Source: Bacteroidota bacterium (GTDB taxonomy: Bacteria > Bacteroidota > Bacteroidia > AKYH767-A > OLB10). Taken from it: a stretch of 64,000 bases of DNA. Of the stretch, positions 50,544 to 59,589 are shown one piece after another. A program made the position numbers and the translations under genes. The stretch lies in NCBI GenBank assembly GCA_031421935.1, contig JANOPQ010000185.1, forward strand, positions 11,914 to 75,913, read 5' to 3'. Each line of letters starts with the position of its first letter. Positions within the stretch are counted from its first letter, which is position 1. The notes under the pieces were generated by a model. It had not been told where the DNA came from, did not search any database, and worked only from the letters and a program-made list of their open reading frames with translations.

Positions 50544-51908
50544 ATGAAAACATATACTATTACTAAAATTCTAATTTGCTTCTTCCTTTTTATGGTAGGG
50601 ATGTTGTCAAGTCATGTTGCTACCTCTCAAATTGCAGGATTGCAAGTGGAAACTTATTATATCGCTGATGCAAATGATGCGACCGACACCACGGGTGGCC
50701 GATCACTTTCTGTAGGTGAAAAGACATTTCGTATTTATGTTGAATTGATGCCAGGTTCAAGAGTGAAAAAAGTGTACGGAGATGTTTATCACCCATTAAC
50801 TATATCAAGTACGTATCCCTTTTATAATAATATTGATCGACCTGCTAGCGTTTTTGGATATCAAATAAAGTCATCTTGGATCTCAGATAATCCAACGCTG
50901 GCGTTGGATAGTTGGTTAACAATTGGAATGGCTACTACCACACAGAAAGGGGTATTGAAATCTTTAGATCCCGATGGTGATGATATTGCAGGTTTGAATA
51001 ATACAGGTGGAACGGCTTTGATTACTTCAGGACTTTTAGCGAATACAGACCCCTTAATTGGAATTCCTTTAACTACAGCAGATGGGTTAGTTCCAAATAA
51101 TTTCGCATTAGGGCAATGGACTGATGTCGGGTTTAAAGATTTGAGTGGAAATGATACTACTGTTTTTGGACCTATCGCTATAGGAAATAATCTTACATGT
51201 AATAATTGCGCTATTCAACAAAATAATGCTCTAAGCGGTCCAACCGTTGACTCCACGAAGGTCCTCATCGCTCAGCTAACTACTTTTGGCGAACTCTCAT
51301 TTCAAATAAATTTAACTATTGAAGAGTTAGATAGTTTAGGAAATTATTCATTGGTTAATTATGTTGCAACTGATGATACGCTTTTATCAGGTGAACAAGT
51401 AAGTCCATTTTTACAATACCCTCAGGCTTGTGGTTGTAGAGATACTCGGTATTTGGAATATGGTGCCAATTATGGTTGTGATAATATGGATTCTTGTAAA
51501 ACACTAATTGTTTTTGGTTGTACAGATACTATGGCTTGTAATTATGATCCAAGCGTTAATTTTAATATAAGCACTTTATGCTGTTATCCTGGTAAATGTA
51601 ATGATAGAGATATAAGTCTTGTTTGTCCCGAATTAAATGGAGGTAGATTTGCAAAATCTACAGTGAATGTATTTCCTAATCCAGCCGCAGATCAGATTTC
51701 GATTGAAGTATATTCAAAGAGTGTGGGTGATGCATCAGTGAAATTCTTAGATGTGATGGGAAAGGTAATTCAAGATTTCTCGTTCACATTAGATAGTGAG
51801 ATTACGAAGAGAAATATCGATATTTCTTTTTTAAGGGATGGGGTGTACTTTATTTTAGTTTCTCATCATGATAAATCAGAATCGAAACGTATTGTAAAAA
51901 TAAAATAA
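50544..51908 (+). CDS. T9SS cargo protein: conserved N-domain (paralog A4) + Cys-rich segment + type-A CTD
   Basis: GLQVETYYIADANDATD N-domain variant. Cys-rich middle (CGCRD...CDNMDSC...CNYDPS...CCYPGKCND). C-terminal VFPNPAADQISIEVY...VYFILV...KIK. Confidence 0.7.
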   Translation: MKTYTITKILICFFLFMVGMLSSHVATSQIAGLQVETYYIADANDATDTTGGRSLSVGEKTFRIYVELMPGSRVKKVYGDVYHPLTISSTYPFYNNIDRPASVFGYQIKSSWISDNPTLALDSWLTIGMATTTQKGVLKSLDPDGDDIAGLNNTGGTALITSGLLANTDPLIGIPLTTADGLVPNNFALGQWTDVGFKDLSGNDTTVFGPIAIGNNLTCNNCAIQQNNALSGPTVDSTKVLIAQLTTFGELSFQINLTIEELDSLGNYSLVNYVATDDTLLSGEQVSPFLQYPQACGCRDTRYLEYGANYGCDNMDSCKTLIVFGCTDTMACNYDPSVNFNISTLCCYPGKCNDRDISLVCPELNGGRFAKSTVNVFPNPAADQISIEVYSKSVGDASVKFLDVMGKVIQDFSFTLDSEITKRNIDISFLRDGVYFILVSHHDKSESKRIVKIK

Positions 51909-51909
51909 G

Positions 51910-52701
51910 ATGGAATTTATATTTTCTGGAATTAAACATTTTATGATATTGATTATGGTTATTGTAAAAGAATCCCTGCAAGCAATAGGAAATTATTATA
52001 AGTCAAGCTTGCCTTTACTTTTTATTTGTTTTTTCTTTTTTGTCACATCTTGTGATGATAAGGAAGAAATGGAAGTTCCTGTTGAAGTCAGTTCAATGAC
52101 GGATATTGATGGCAATGTTTATAAAACAGTTAAAATCGGTAACCAATGGTGGATGGCTGAAAATTTAAATGTTACAACTTATCGTAATGGTATTCCAATG
52201 ACTTTATTGATAGATGATCTGGTTTGGAATGATACTATTCCGGGGTACTGCACATATAATGGCGGTTATGGTAAGTTGTATAATGGATACGCTGTAGTGG
52301 ATACAAATAATATCGCTCCAATAGGTTGGCATATACCTACTGATCTGGATTGGAAAAAATTAGAAGCTTATTTGGGGATGAGTGGAGGAGCTGCTGATAA
52401 AACAGGATGGAGAGGTACTTCCGAAGGTGATAAATTAAAAGCTCAAGGTATAGATAAGTGGTTCCGATATGGTGAAGTATGGGGTACGGATAGTTATCAA
52501 TTTAGAGCACTAGGAGGATCTTGCAGAATTTATAATGGAAGTTTTGGAAATCCAGGTATTAACTATGCTGGATTTTGGTGGACATCCTCAGTAAATGCGA
52601 ATGATTTATTTTTTCGATATCTCGACTATAAAAAATCTGGAATTTATCGCGGATATGATACCATGAAAATGGGTTGCAGTATACGTTGTGTTAAGGATTA
52701 G
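51910..52701 (+). CDS. FISUMP (Fibrobacter succinogenes major paralogous) domain protein
   Basis: DGNVYKTVKIGNQWWMAENLN...GWHIPTDLDWKKLE...GFWWTSS, the FISUMP hallmark. Confidence 0.75.
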   Translation: MEFIFSGIKHFMILIMVIVKESLQAIGNYYKSSLPLLFICFFFFVTSCDDKEEMEVPVEVSSMTDIDGNVYKTVKIGNQWWMAENLNVTTYRNGIPMTLLIDDLVWNDTIPGYCTYNGGYGKLYNGYAVVDTNNIAPIGWHIPTDLDWKKLEAYLGMSGGAADKTGWRGTSEGDKLKAQGIDKWFRYGEVWGTDSYQFRALGGSCRIYNGSFGNPGINYAGFWWTSSVNANDLFFRYLDYKKSGIYRGYDTMKMGCSIRCVKD

Positions 52702-52728
52702 TAAATACTATTTTGATTAGAATAGAAG

Positions 52729-52757
52729 GAGCGACGTAATGTCGCTTTCTTTTCGAT
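52729..52757 (+). terminator. putative intrinsic terminator after the FISUMP gene
   Basis: agcgac-gtaat-gtcgct stem followed by a T-rich tract (ttcttttcgatgtttttt). Confidence 0.5.
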
Positions 52758-52981
52758 GTTTTTTCAAGAATAATGTAGTTTATTTTGTGATAACTGATGT
52801 TATTTTTTTTGACCCATATTAAGTTAATGTGAACCATTTATTTTTTTCTGAAATCGGTTAACATACAAGAGAAATTTAAATAAAGATTTGATAAGTTAAT
52901 GGAAATGTCCAACTGCATTTCGCGCCCTACATTTGCCTCATTCTTCAGCTGAATTAAAAACAAAAAAATCTATTAAAAAAA

Positions 52982-54607
52982 ATGAAAAAACTTATCTTAA
53001 AAATGACTACTGCAGCAGCTATGCTTGTTGCTATGTCCAATGTGAGCAATGCTCAAAACAATTTAGGAGCCGATTGCGGTTGTCCTACTGTATCTTCAAG
53101 ACCAGTAGTGAATCTTGGATTGCGCGCGGATGTGAATGGTAACTTAACGGATGTCAATACAACTTTGTATTGCGATACGGTTTATACCATTGGTGCTCCA
53201 GGAAACGTAGCTCAAAAAATTTATGTTTCTAGTGGAAAAACGTTAACTGTTAATCCAGGAACAGTTGTAAAGACTTATGATACGAATGTAAACTCTGCAG
53301 CTAGTTCATTGGTTGTTACAAGAGGTGGTAAAATTAATGCTGCTGGTTCTCCAACTTGTGGTATTGTATTTACTTCTATTCTTGATAACATGGATGGAAC
53401 ACATCCAATCGGAAATCGTGGAGAATGGGGTGGTGTAGTAGTGATGGGTAATGCACAAGTAAATAGAATTGCAAATCCTGCAGGTGTTACGACTCAAAAT
53501 GGCGAAATGTTTATGGAAGGACTTTCTACCGCAGATACTCGCTCTATTTTTGGTGGCGGTTTAACTTACAATAATAATGACAATTCTGGAATATTGAAGT
53601 ATGTTTCTATTCGTTTTGCTGGTGTTACTATTGCTCAAGATGTTGAGTTAAACGGATTGTCTTTAGGTGCAGTGGGAAGTGGAACTACTATCGAGAATAT
53701 CGAGATTCTATCTAATGATGATGATGGTATCGAATTTTGGGGTGGTACTGTAAATGTAAAGTATGCTAATTTCATGTTCGTTAATGACGATGGTTTTGAT
53801 TTCGATATTAACTACGATGGAAAGATGCAATTCTTATTTGGTTTGAAAGCACCTGCTGCTATTGCTTCTGGTGGAGAAAGTGGTTTCGAGTGGGATGGTG
53901 ACGAAGGTTCATCTACATTCTATAATAACTTTTCTCAGGCTAGTACTGGTTGGAGATCTCACCCTGTAGTTTACAATGCTACTATTATTGGAAATGGTTC
54001 AAATACAAGTGCGAGTGGTACAGGTACAACAACTGGAAACCCATTCGGAATTAGCTTTAAAGCTGATGCTGAAGGTGAAATCTATAATTCAATCTTCACA
54101 GGTTTCCGTGGTGGTGTGAATATGCAAAATGGAGTAGATTCATCTAAAATTAACTATGATTTAAATTTGATAAAAATCGGATGTAACCATTTCGTAGGTT
54201 GTACTTTCCCTGCTTCTGCTGGAAACGTGCAATTATCAGGTACTGATTCTACGAAATTCTTCACAACGGATAATAATGTAAACACAAACTCTATTGCTGG
54301 TTTCGATTATTCTTTCGCAATCACTTCTAGCGCAACAAATCCTGTAACAGATAATATCGATGTTGTTCCTTCTAGTAACTTATCTACTGTTTGTACTCCT
54401 CCTGCTGATGGATTTTTTACTCCTGCAAACTTCCGTGGTGCATTTGAAGCTGGTAAGAAGCCTTGGTTAAACAAGTGGGCTTACACTTCAATTGTAAACG
54501 TTACTCCAGGTTTAGCACCATGTCCAACTGATTTTACAGGTGACGGTGTAACTAACACTTCTGACTTCTTAATCTTTGTTGCTCAATTTAACCTTTCTTG
54601 TAATTAA
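52982..54607 (+). CDS. secreted parallel beta-helix-like protein with C-terminal dockerin-like repeat
   Basis: Signal peptide. Gly/Asn/Thr-rich repetitive beta-helix-like body. C-terminal DFTGDGVTNTSDFLIFVAQF matches the dockerin Ca-binding loop plus helix. Confidence 0.6.
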   Translation: MKKLILKMTTAAAMLVAMSNVSNAQNNLGADCGCPTVSSRPVVNLGLRADVNGNLTDVNTTLYCDTVYTIGAPGNVAQKIYVSSGKTLTVNPGTVVKTYDTNVNSAASSLVVTRGGKINAAGSPTCGIVFTSILDNMDGTHPIGNRGEWGGVVVMGNAQVNRIANPAGVTTQNGEMFMEGLSTADTRSIFGGGLTYNNNDNSGILKYVSIRFAGVTIAQDVELNGLSLGAVGSGTTIENIEILSNDDDGIEFWGGTVNVKYANFMFVNDDGFDFDINYDGKMQFLFGLKAPAAIASGGESGFEWDGDEGSSTFYNNFSQASTGWRSHPVVYNATIIGNGSNTSASGTGTTTGNPFGISFKADAEGEIYNSIFTGFRGGVNMQNGVDSSKINYDLNLIKIGCNHFVGCTFPASAGNVQLSGTDSTKFFTTDNNVNTNSIAGFDYSFAITSSATNPVTDNIDVVPSSNLSTVCTPPADGFFTPANFRGAFEAGKKPWLNKWAYTSIVNVTPGLAPCPTDFTGDGVTNTSDFLIFVAQFNLSCN

Positions 54608-54644
54608 TATTCTTTAAATCAATAAATCATTAACTAAAAAAATT

Positions 54645-57600
54645 ATGAAAATTAAAAATATATTAGCAGGACTTGCTTTCTTGCTAGTAGGAACCGCTGC
54701 GCATTCTCAAGGTTTAGAGAATATTATCGTAGAGAAGTACTATGTCTCAAATGCAGCGGATGCTGCTTCTGCCAATGCTGATTTAACGTCAGCTGGCTAT
54801 CCAACTGGTACGCTACCAGTAGGATCTGTAACCTTCCGTGTTTATGCGGATTTATTACCAGGTTGGGGAATTCAATCCGTATACGGAATTCCTTCTCATC
54901 CATTGGTATTAACTACTTCAACAAATTTCTATAACCATTCAAATGGTAATACTACTGGAGGAAATTTCTCTAGCAGTAGTGCAGCTATCATTGGTTCTGG
55001 AACAACTTTTTTAGATTCTTATTTGTCTTGTGGTGCTATTGCTCCTGCACGTTTCGGAGTATTGAAAGCAGAAGATGCGGTTGCAGGTGGAGCTAATTTA
55101 GCTTTCAATCCAGTTACAGTTCTTGCTAATAATGATCCAAGTGCAGCTCCAGCAATTACAACTGCTGACGGTATGTATAACACGGCTGGTGTACCTTCTT
55201 TGCTTTCTCTTACTTTGTTAGGTGATGCAGCGAGCCCATTGGTAAACATGTTTACGGATGGTTCTGTAGTTGGAAATAATTACACAAGTACAAATACTTC
55301 TTGGGGAGTATTGGGTGAGCAAATTGGTGCTTTTCCTACTGGAACTAACCGTGTGTTATTAGGTCAGTTTACTTCTAATGGTGTGTTTCACTTTGAATTA
55401 AATATTCAAATTCGTAACAATACTACTTTCGCAATTCAAAACTATGTTTCTTCAAATCCAACAGGTGCTGAAATTTTGATGCCTAGCTTGTCAGGAACAT
55501 TTAACGTAGCTAACATCAGCCCAACAATCAGTATCACCAATCCTTTGAATGGTGCTTCTTTCTTTGTAGGTGATGCAGTTGCTATCAATGCTACTGCTGC
55601 TGATGCAGACGGTAGTGTTGCTTCTGTGGAATTTTTTGTAAATGGTGTTTCAATCGGAGTTGATAATACGGCTCCTTATACTACTACATGGACTGCTACT
55701 TCAGGTAACAAAGCGTTAACAGCTAGAGTTACTGATAATGCAGGTGCTCAAACAACTTCTGCTGCTGTGAATATCACAGTGGGTGTAAACGTTGCTCCAA
55801 CAGTAAGTCTTACCGCTCCTGCAAATGCTGCTAACGTTGTTGGTGGAACTGCGGTAAACATTGATGCGAATGCTGCTGATGCTGATGGTACTGTTGCTAA
55901 TGTTGAATTTTTTGTTGATGGTGTTTCTGTAGGTGTTGATGCAACTTCTCCTTATTCAGTTAGCTGGACCAGTGGTGCTCCTTTCGGTAATCGTGTAATT
56001 ACTGCACGTGCAACTGATAACTTCGGTGCTCAAACTACTTCTGCATCTAGAACAATATTTATATTGAATCCTGCAGGTGCTCCTTATTTGATAGGTAATA
56101 TCGTGAGTACTTGTGTTCCAAGTAACTTCTGTTTGCCAATTAAAGCGTCTACATTGAGTCCAGTTTCAAACGTGATCGGTTATGATATCGTTCTTGATTA
56201 TGATGTAACTAAAGTTACTCCTACTGGTGCTATCGTAAGAAGTAATGATTTACTTTCTCCAACTTACAACTACAACCAAGTAAGCACGGCTCATTCAATT
56301 GATGCGGTTAATGGTAAAATGCGTATCGCTGTATACTTCAATTCTGGAGCTCCTGCTGCTGCACGTTTCTCTGGTTCTGGTGAAATCATTTGTGTTGAAT
56401 TTGCAAAGACTGCTGGTTTCTTGAATGTAGATACTGCTATTTTCAAAGCGGATACTTTGTTAGAAAGCCGTATCACAGGTGTTCAATTACAACCTGTTGA
56501 TTCTGGTTTGTTCTCTACGTATAAGGATAGTATCTTTAATAGCTCATTGCGTTTCTGGGAAGATAATAGCCCAATCCGTTACAATGCGGCAGCTCCTAGT
56601 GATTATTTAATCACTAATATCTACGGAAACAGTATTGCATGTAATAACCGATCATTGGTTGCAGTTCAACCTGACGTGAATGGTAATTTCTCTTACAATA
56701 TCAATAATGGTCCAAAGTTAGAAGTGATTAAGGATATCGCTGCTGCAACAGATGTACAACCTGTAGTAAATGGTTTCGATGCGTTCTTAACACGTCGTGT
56801 ATTAATTCTTGATGCTAGCTTCACTCCTTCAGTTTATCAAATGATTGCAATGGATGTGAATATGGATGGTGTGGTTTCTTCTGGTGACCTTACTCAAATT
56901 AACCAACGTGCGGTATTGTTCATCCCTGAATTCCAACAAGCTTGGAACTATGATGCAAGTGGTAATCCAATCCTTCCTGTACGTCCTTCACGTGACTGGC
57001 AGTTTGTTGATGTTACAACAGTAAGTTCTACTCCGGCTTATTATATTTCTACTACCTATCCTTCAAATGATGGTATCGGTTTCAGTAAGAACAAAGTTCC
57101 GGTTGTTGCTTTCTGTAGCAATATTCCAGTTCTTGATTACTCTGGTTGCCCAATTATCGGTACTGAGTCTTACAAAGGAATCTTAGTGGGTGATGTGAAT
57201 GGTAATTACTCTTCTAACAATGGCGCACCAAGTCCTTTCAGAGTAGGTTCTACTGATAAGGTGAGCTTCAATTTGTCAAATGCAATTATTGCAAATGGTT
57301 TTGTAACGATTCCTGTTTCTTTCCAATCGAGTGAATCAGTAAATGCAATTGACTTCTCATTGAAAATGAACAATGCTAAACTTAGCTTTGATGGTGTTGA
57401 AGATTTAACTGGTAAAATGATGATCATGTCTCATTATAACACCAACGATCAAACCATCCGTTTTACTTCGAATAGCATGGATGCAATCGAGAAAAATACG
57501 CAAGTATTAAACGTTCGTTTCGCTATCAATGGAAATGAAATGACAGCTAGTGATTTATCTAATTTAACTGCTTACTTGAATGGAGAGCACGTACAATTGG

Positions 57601-57869
57601 ATGTGAACACTGAGCGTTCACTTTCTGCTGAAAAGTTGAATGTATCTGTTTATCCAAATCCAGTGAATAGCATGTTGAATGTATTAACATCTGAAAATGC
57701 TCAAATCGAATTATCTGATATGAGTGGTCGTGTAGTTCTTGCAGTTGCTAATGTTTTAGCAGGTGAGAAACTTGAAATGGATGTGAAAACATTATCAAAT
57801 GGTGTTTACATGTTGAAAGTTTGGAATGGTGGATTTATCTCTACCAGCAAAGTAGTAGTGAAACACTAA
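54645..57869 (+). CDS. scaffoldin-like T9SS cargo: N-domain (paralog A5) + 2 Ig-like repeats + cohesin-like module + dockerin-like repeat + cohesin-like module + type-A CTD
   Basis: GLENIIVEKYYVS N-domain. Two ~95-aa Ig repeats (ADADGSVASVEFFVNGVSIGVD...). Cohesin-like LPIKASTLSPVSNVIGYDIVLDYDVTKV...EIICVEFAKT and VTIPVSFQSSESVNAIDFSLKMNNAKLSFDGVE. Dockerin-like DVNMDGVVSSGDLTQINQRAV. C-terminal VYPNPVNSMLNV...VYMLKV...VVKH. Confidence 0.65.
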   Translation: MKIKNILAGLAFLLVGTAAHSQGLENIIVEKYYVSNAADAASANADLTSAGYPTGTLPVGSVTFRVYADLLPGWGIQSVYGIPSHPLVLTTSTNFYNHSNGNTTGGNFSSSSAAIIGSGTTFLDSYLSCGAIAPARFGVLKAEDAVAGGANLAFNPVTVLANNDPSAAPAITTADGMYNTAGVPSLLSLTLLGDAASPLVNMFTDGSVVGNNYTSTNTSWGVLGEQIGAFPTGTNRVLLGQFTSNGVFHFELNIQIRNNTTFAIQNYVSSNPTGAEILMPSLSGTFNVANISPTISITNPLNGASFFVGDAVAINATAADADGSVASVEFFVNGVSIGVDNTAPYTTTWTATSGNKALTARVTDNAGAQTTSAAVNITVGVNVAPTVSLTAPANAANVVGGTAVNIDANAADADGTVANVEFFVDGVSVGVDATSPYSVSWTSGAPFGNRVITARATDNFGAQTTSASRTIFILNPAGAPYLIGNIVSTCVPSNFCLPIKASTLSPVSNVIGYDIVLDYDVTKVTPTGAIVRSNDLLSPTYNYNQVSTAHSIDAVNGKMRIAVYFNSGAPAAARFSGSGEIICVEFAKTAGFLNVDTAIFKADTLLESRITGVQLQPVDSGLFSTYKDSIFNSSLRFWEDNSPIRYNAAAPSDYLITNIYGNSIACNNRSLVAVQPDVNGNFSYNINNGPKLEVIKDIAAATDVQPVVNGFDAFLTRRVLILDASFTPSVYQMIAMDVNMDGVVSSGDLTQINQRAVLFIPEFQQAWNYDASGNPILPVRPSRDWQFVDVTTVSSTPAYYISTTYPSNDGIGFSKNKVPVVAFCSNIPVLDYSGCPIIGTESYKGILVGDVNGNYSSNNGAPSPFRVGSTDKVSFNLSNAIIANGFVTIPVSFQSSESVNAIDFSLKMNNAKLSFDGVEDLTGKMMIMSHYNTNDQTIRFTSNSMDAIEKNTQVLNVRFAINGNEMTASDLSNLTAYLNGEHVQLDVNTERSLSAEKLNVSVYPNPVNSMLNVLTSENAQIELSDMSGRVVLAVANVLAGEKLEMDVKTLSNGVYMLKVWNGGFISTSKVVVKH

Positions 57870-57887
57870 TTGAATTGGGGTTTTGAC

Positions 57888-57923
57888 AAGGCTTCTGGAT
57901 TTTTCCCGAAGCCTTTTTTTTGT
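57888..57923 (+). terminator. intrinsic terminator after the scaffoldin-like gene
   Basis: aaggcttc...gaagcctt 8-bp stem followed by TTTTTTTT. Confidence 0.7.
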
Positions 57924-58023
57924 TATGAAAATTAACATTGAAGTAATTTTAATATTGTCTTAACATCCCCTTGCAACTTAAAAAGTAATTTAGCAGTGTA
58001 TTTTAAATTAAAAAATTCAGTAG

Positions 58024-58623
58024 GTGAAGTCGTTTATATTATTTCTTTTTTTAGTGTGGTCAATATTTTTTGACAGCAGCTGCCTTGCCCAAATAAAGAA
58101 TACTATTTTTCAAGACCAAAATAGGGAGTATTTTTACATAAATTCAACGCAAGAAATGAAGGATCGAAATACTTTCTTTTCAGTTTCTAGTAGCGCTGAT
58201 ACAATAGATTTTAATAGAAGTAGCTTTATAGCTATTATTTCTTCCTCAGGCCCTACTTCCATTTGCCCCGGACAAAGCGTTGTATTAACCGGAAACGGTG
58301 GCAGTGGTTACACTTATTTGTGGACCACAGGTCAAACAACTAAGTCTATTACAGTAAACCAACCAGGGGTGTATGGATTAACTATTTTCTGTTCGAAGTG
58401 CAATAACGCTACTTATGTGGCAAATCCCATCACTATTAACACCAATACATTAGTGACAGATTTAAATACCAATGGCATCGTAGATGTGGCGGATTATAAC
58501 ATTTTTTTGGGCAAGTACCTCACACCCTGCCTCGGTTGCCAGGAGGATTTTTATCCGGATGGTTTTGTTGACACCCGGGATTATCTGATTTGGGTAGCCG
58601 ATATTTTTAAAACATGTAATTAA
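58024..58623 (+). CDS. small secreted protein: SprB-like Ig repeat + complete two-repeat dockerin-like C-terminal domain
   Basis: GTG start. Signal peptide. ICPGQSVVLTGNGGSGYTYLWTTGQTTKSITV (SprB-like). DLNTNGIVDVADYNIFLGKYL and DFYPDGFVDTRDYLIWVADIF form two dockerin-type repeats. Confidence 0.6.
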   Translation: MKSFILFLFLVWSIFFDSSCLAQIKNTIFQDQNREYFYINSTQEMKDRNTFFSVSSSADTIDFNRSSFIAIISSSGPTSICPGQSVVLTGNGGSGYTYLWTTGQTTKSITVNQPGVYGLTIFCSKCNNATYVANPITINTNTLVTDLNTNGIVDVADYNIFLGKYLTPCLGCQEDFYPDGFVDTRDYLIWVADIFKTCN

Positions 58624-58720
58624 TTAGTTGGGCGTTCTTTTAGTTAACAATTCCCTTACACAAGTATAATTCGCAGTTTACATCAATTTCATTTTGCAGT
58701 AGTAAATTTGTAAGATAGAA

Positions 58721-59560
58721 ATGGAAATCATGAAAAGTTTAAAAATAGTAGGATGTGCCTGGATGCTTATGCTCCTTTGTGCTCAACCCATCGCAGCAAA
58801 GTCTTTTGTTGTTAATGTTAGTGGATCTTCTGAAAGTTGCAAGAATTATGAGGTTATCAATGTTGCAGAACTTGCTAATGATGCAATGCTCGGTACCGTT
58901 TCTATTGATTCTGCCGATTCTGTTTTTTTTAGTATGAATAATGCTATTTATAATGGAACTCATGTTTCTTTTCCGATTTATTTTAATTCAGATGATTTAA
59001 TTTATTCATTCGATTATTCTTTTAAATACAATCACAATCGAATTACTTTTGATACGATATCAATGGAGCCTGCTGGACAACCATTATTAGCGTTTTTCCA
59101 TTATAATACCAACGATTCCACAGTACGTTTTACTTCAAGTAATCTCGTGGCTATTGCAAATGGAGTTCCTATCGCTATGATTCATTTTGATTTTGTTGGG
59201 GGTACCACTCCTTTGTTGGATTCTTCCGATTTGTATAACTTGAAAAGTTATTTGAATGGTGATGCAAGTTCCGAAGTGATTATTCCTCCTACAACTGTAG
59301 GTCTGAATGATAATTTAGCTGCTGAATGGGGCCTAAGCCTTTTTCCAGTACCCACAAGTAGCGAATTGAATGTTAAAATTAACCGTGATGCGAATATGGA
59401 AGTACTTTCGCTCGATGGAAAATTGGTGATGTCGAATGTTAATTTGTCTTTTCAAGGAATTAACACGTTGAATTTACAAGATCTTCAGAATGGTATTTAC
59501 CTGGTTCGCGTGATCAGTGAAGGAAGTGTTTTTTCTAAGAAGATTGTAATTGCAAAATAA
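58721..59560 (+). CDS. T9SS cargo with cohesin-like module + type-A CTD
   Basis: VSFPIYFNSDDLIYSFDYSFKYNHNRITFDTI...HYNTNDSTVRFTSSN is paralogous to the second cohesin-like module of 54645-57869. C-terminal LFPVPTSSELNV...IYLVRVI...IAK. Confidence 0.6.
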   Translation: MEIMKSLKIVGCAWMLMLLCAQPIAAKSFVVNVSGSSESCKNYEVINVAELANDAMLGTVSIDSADSVFFSMNNAIYNGTHVSFPIYFNSDDLIYSFDYSFKYNHNRITFDTISMEPAGQPLLAFFHYNTNDSTVRFTSSNLVAIANGVPIAMIHFDFVGGTTPLLDSSDLYNLKSYLNGDASSEVIIPPTTVGLNDNLAAEWGLSLFPVPTSSELNVKINRDANMEVLSLDGKLVMSNVNLSFQGINTLNLQDLQNGIYLVRVISEGSVFSKKIVIAK

Positions 59561-59589
59561 TCAAACCCGAGAAACTAAAGGAATTTGAT

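Noticed and set aside
47443-51908. Calling the region a canonical SusC/SusD polysaccharide utilisation locus
   Set aside because: No SusD-like lipoprotein (~500 aa, TPR-rich, lipobox) is encoded next to the receptor. The following ORF is a T9SS cargo paralog instead.
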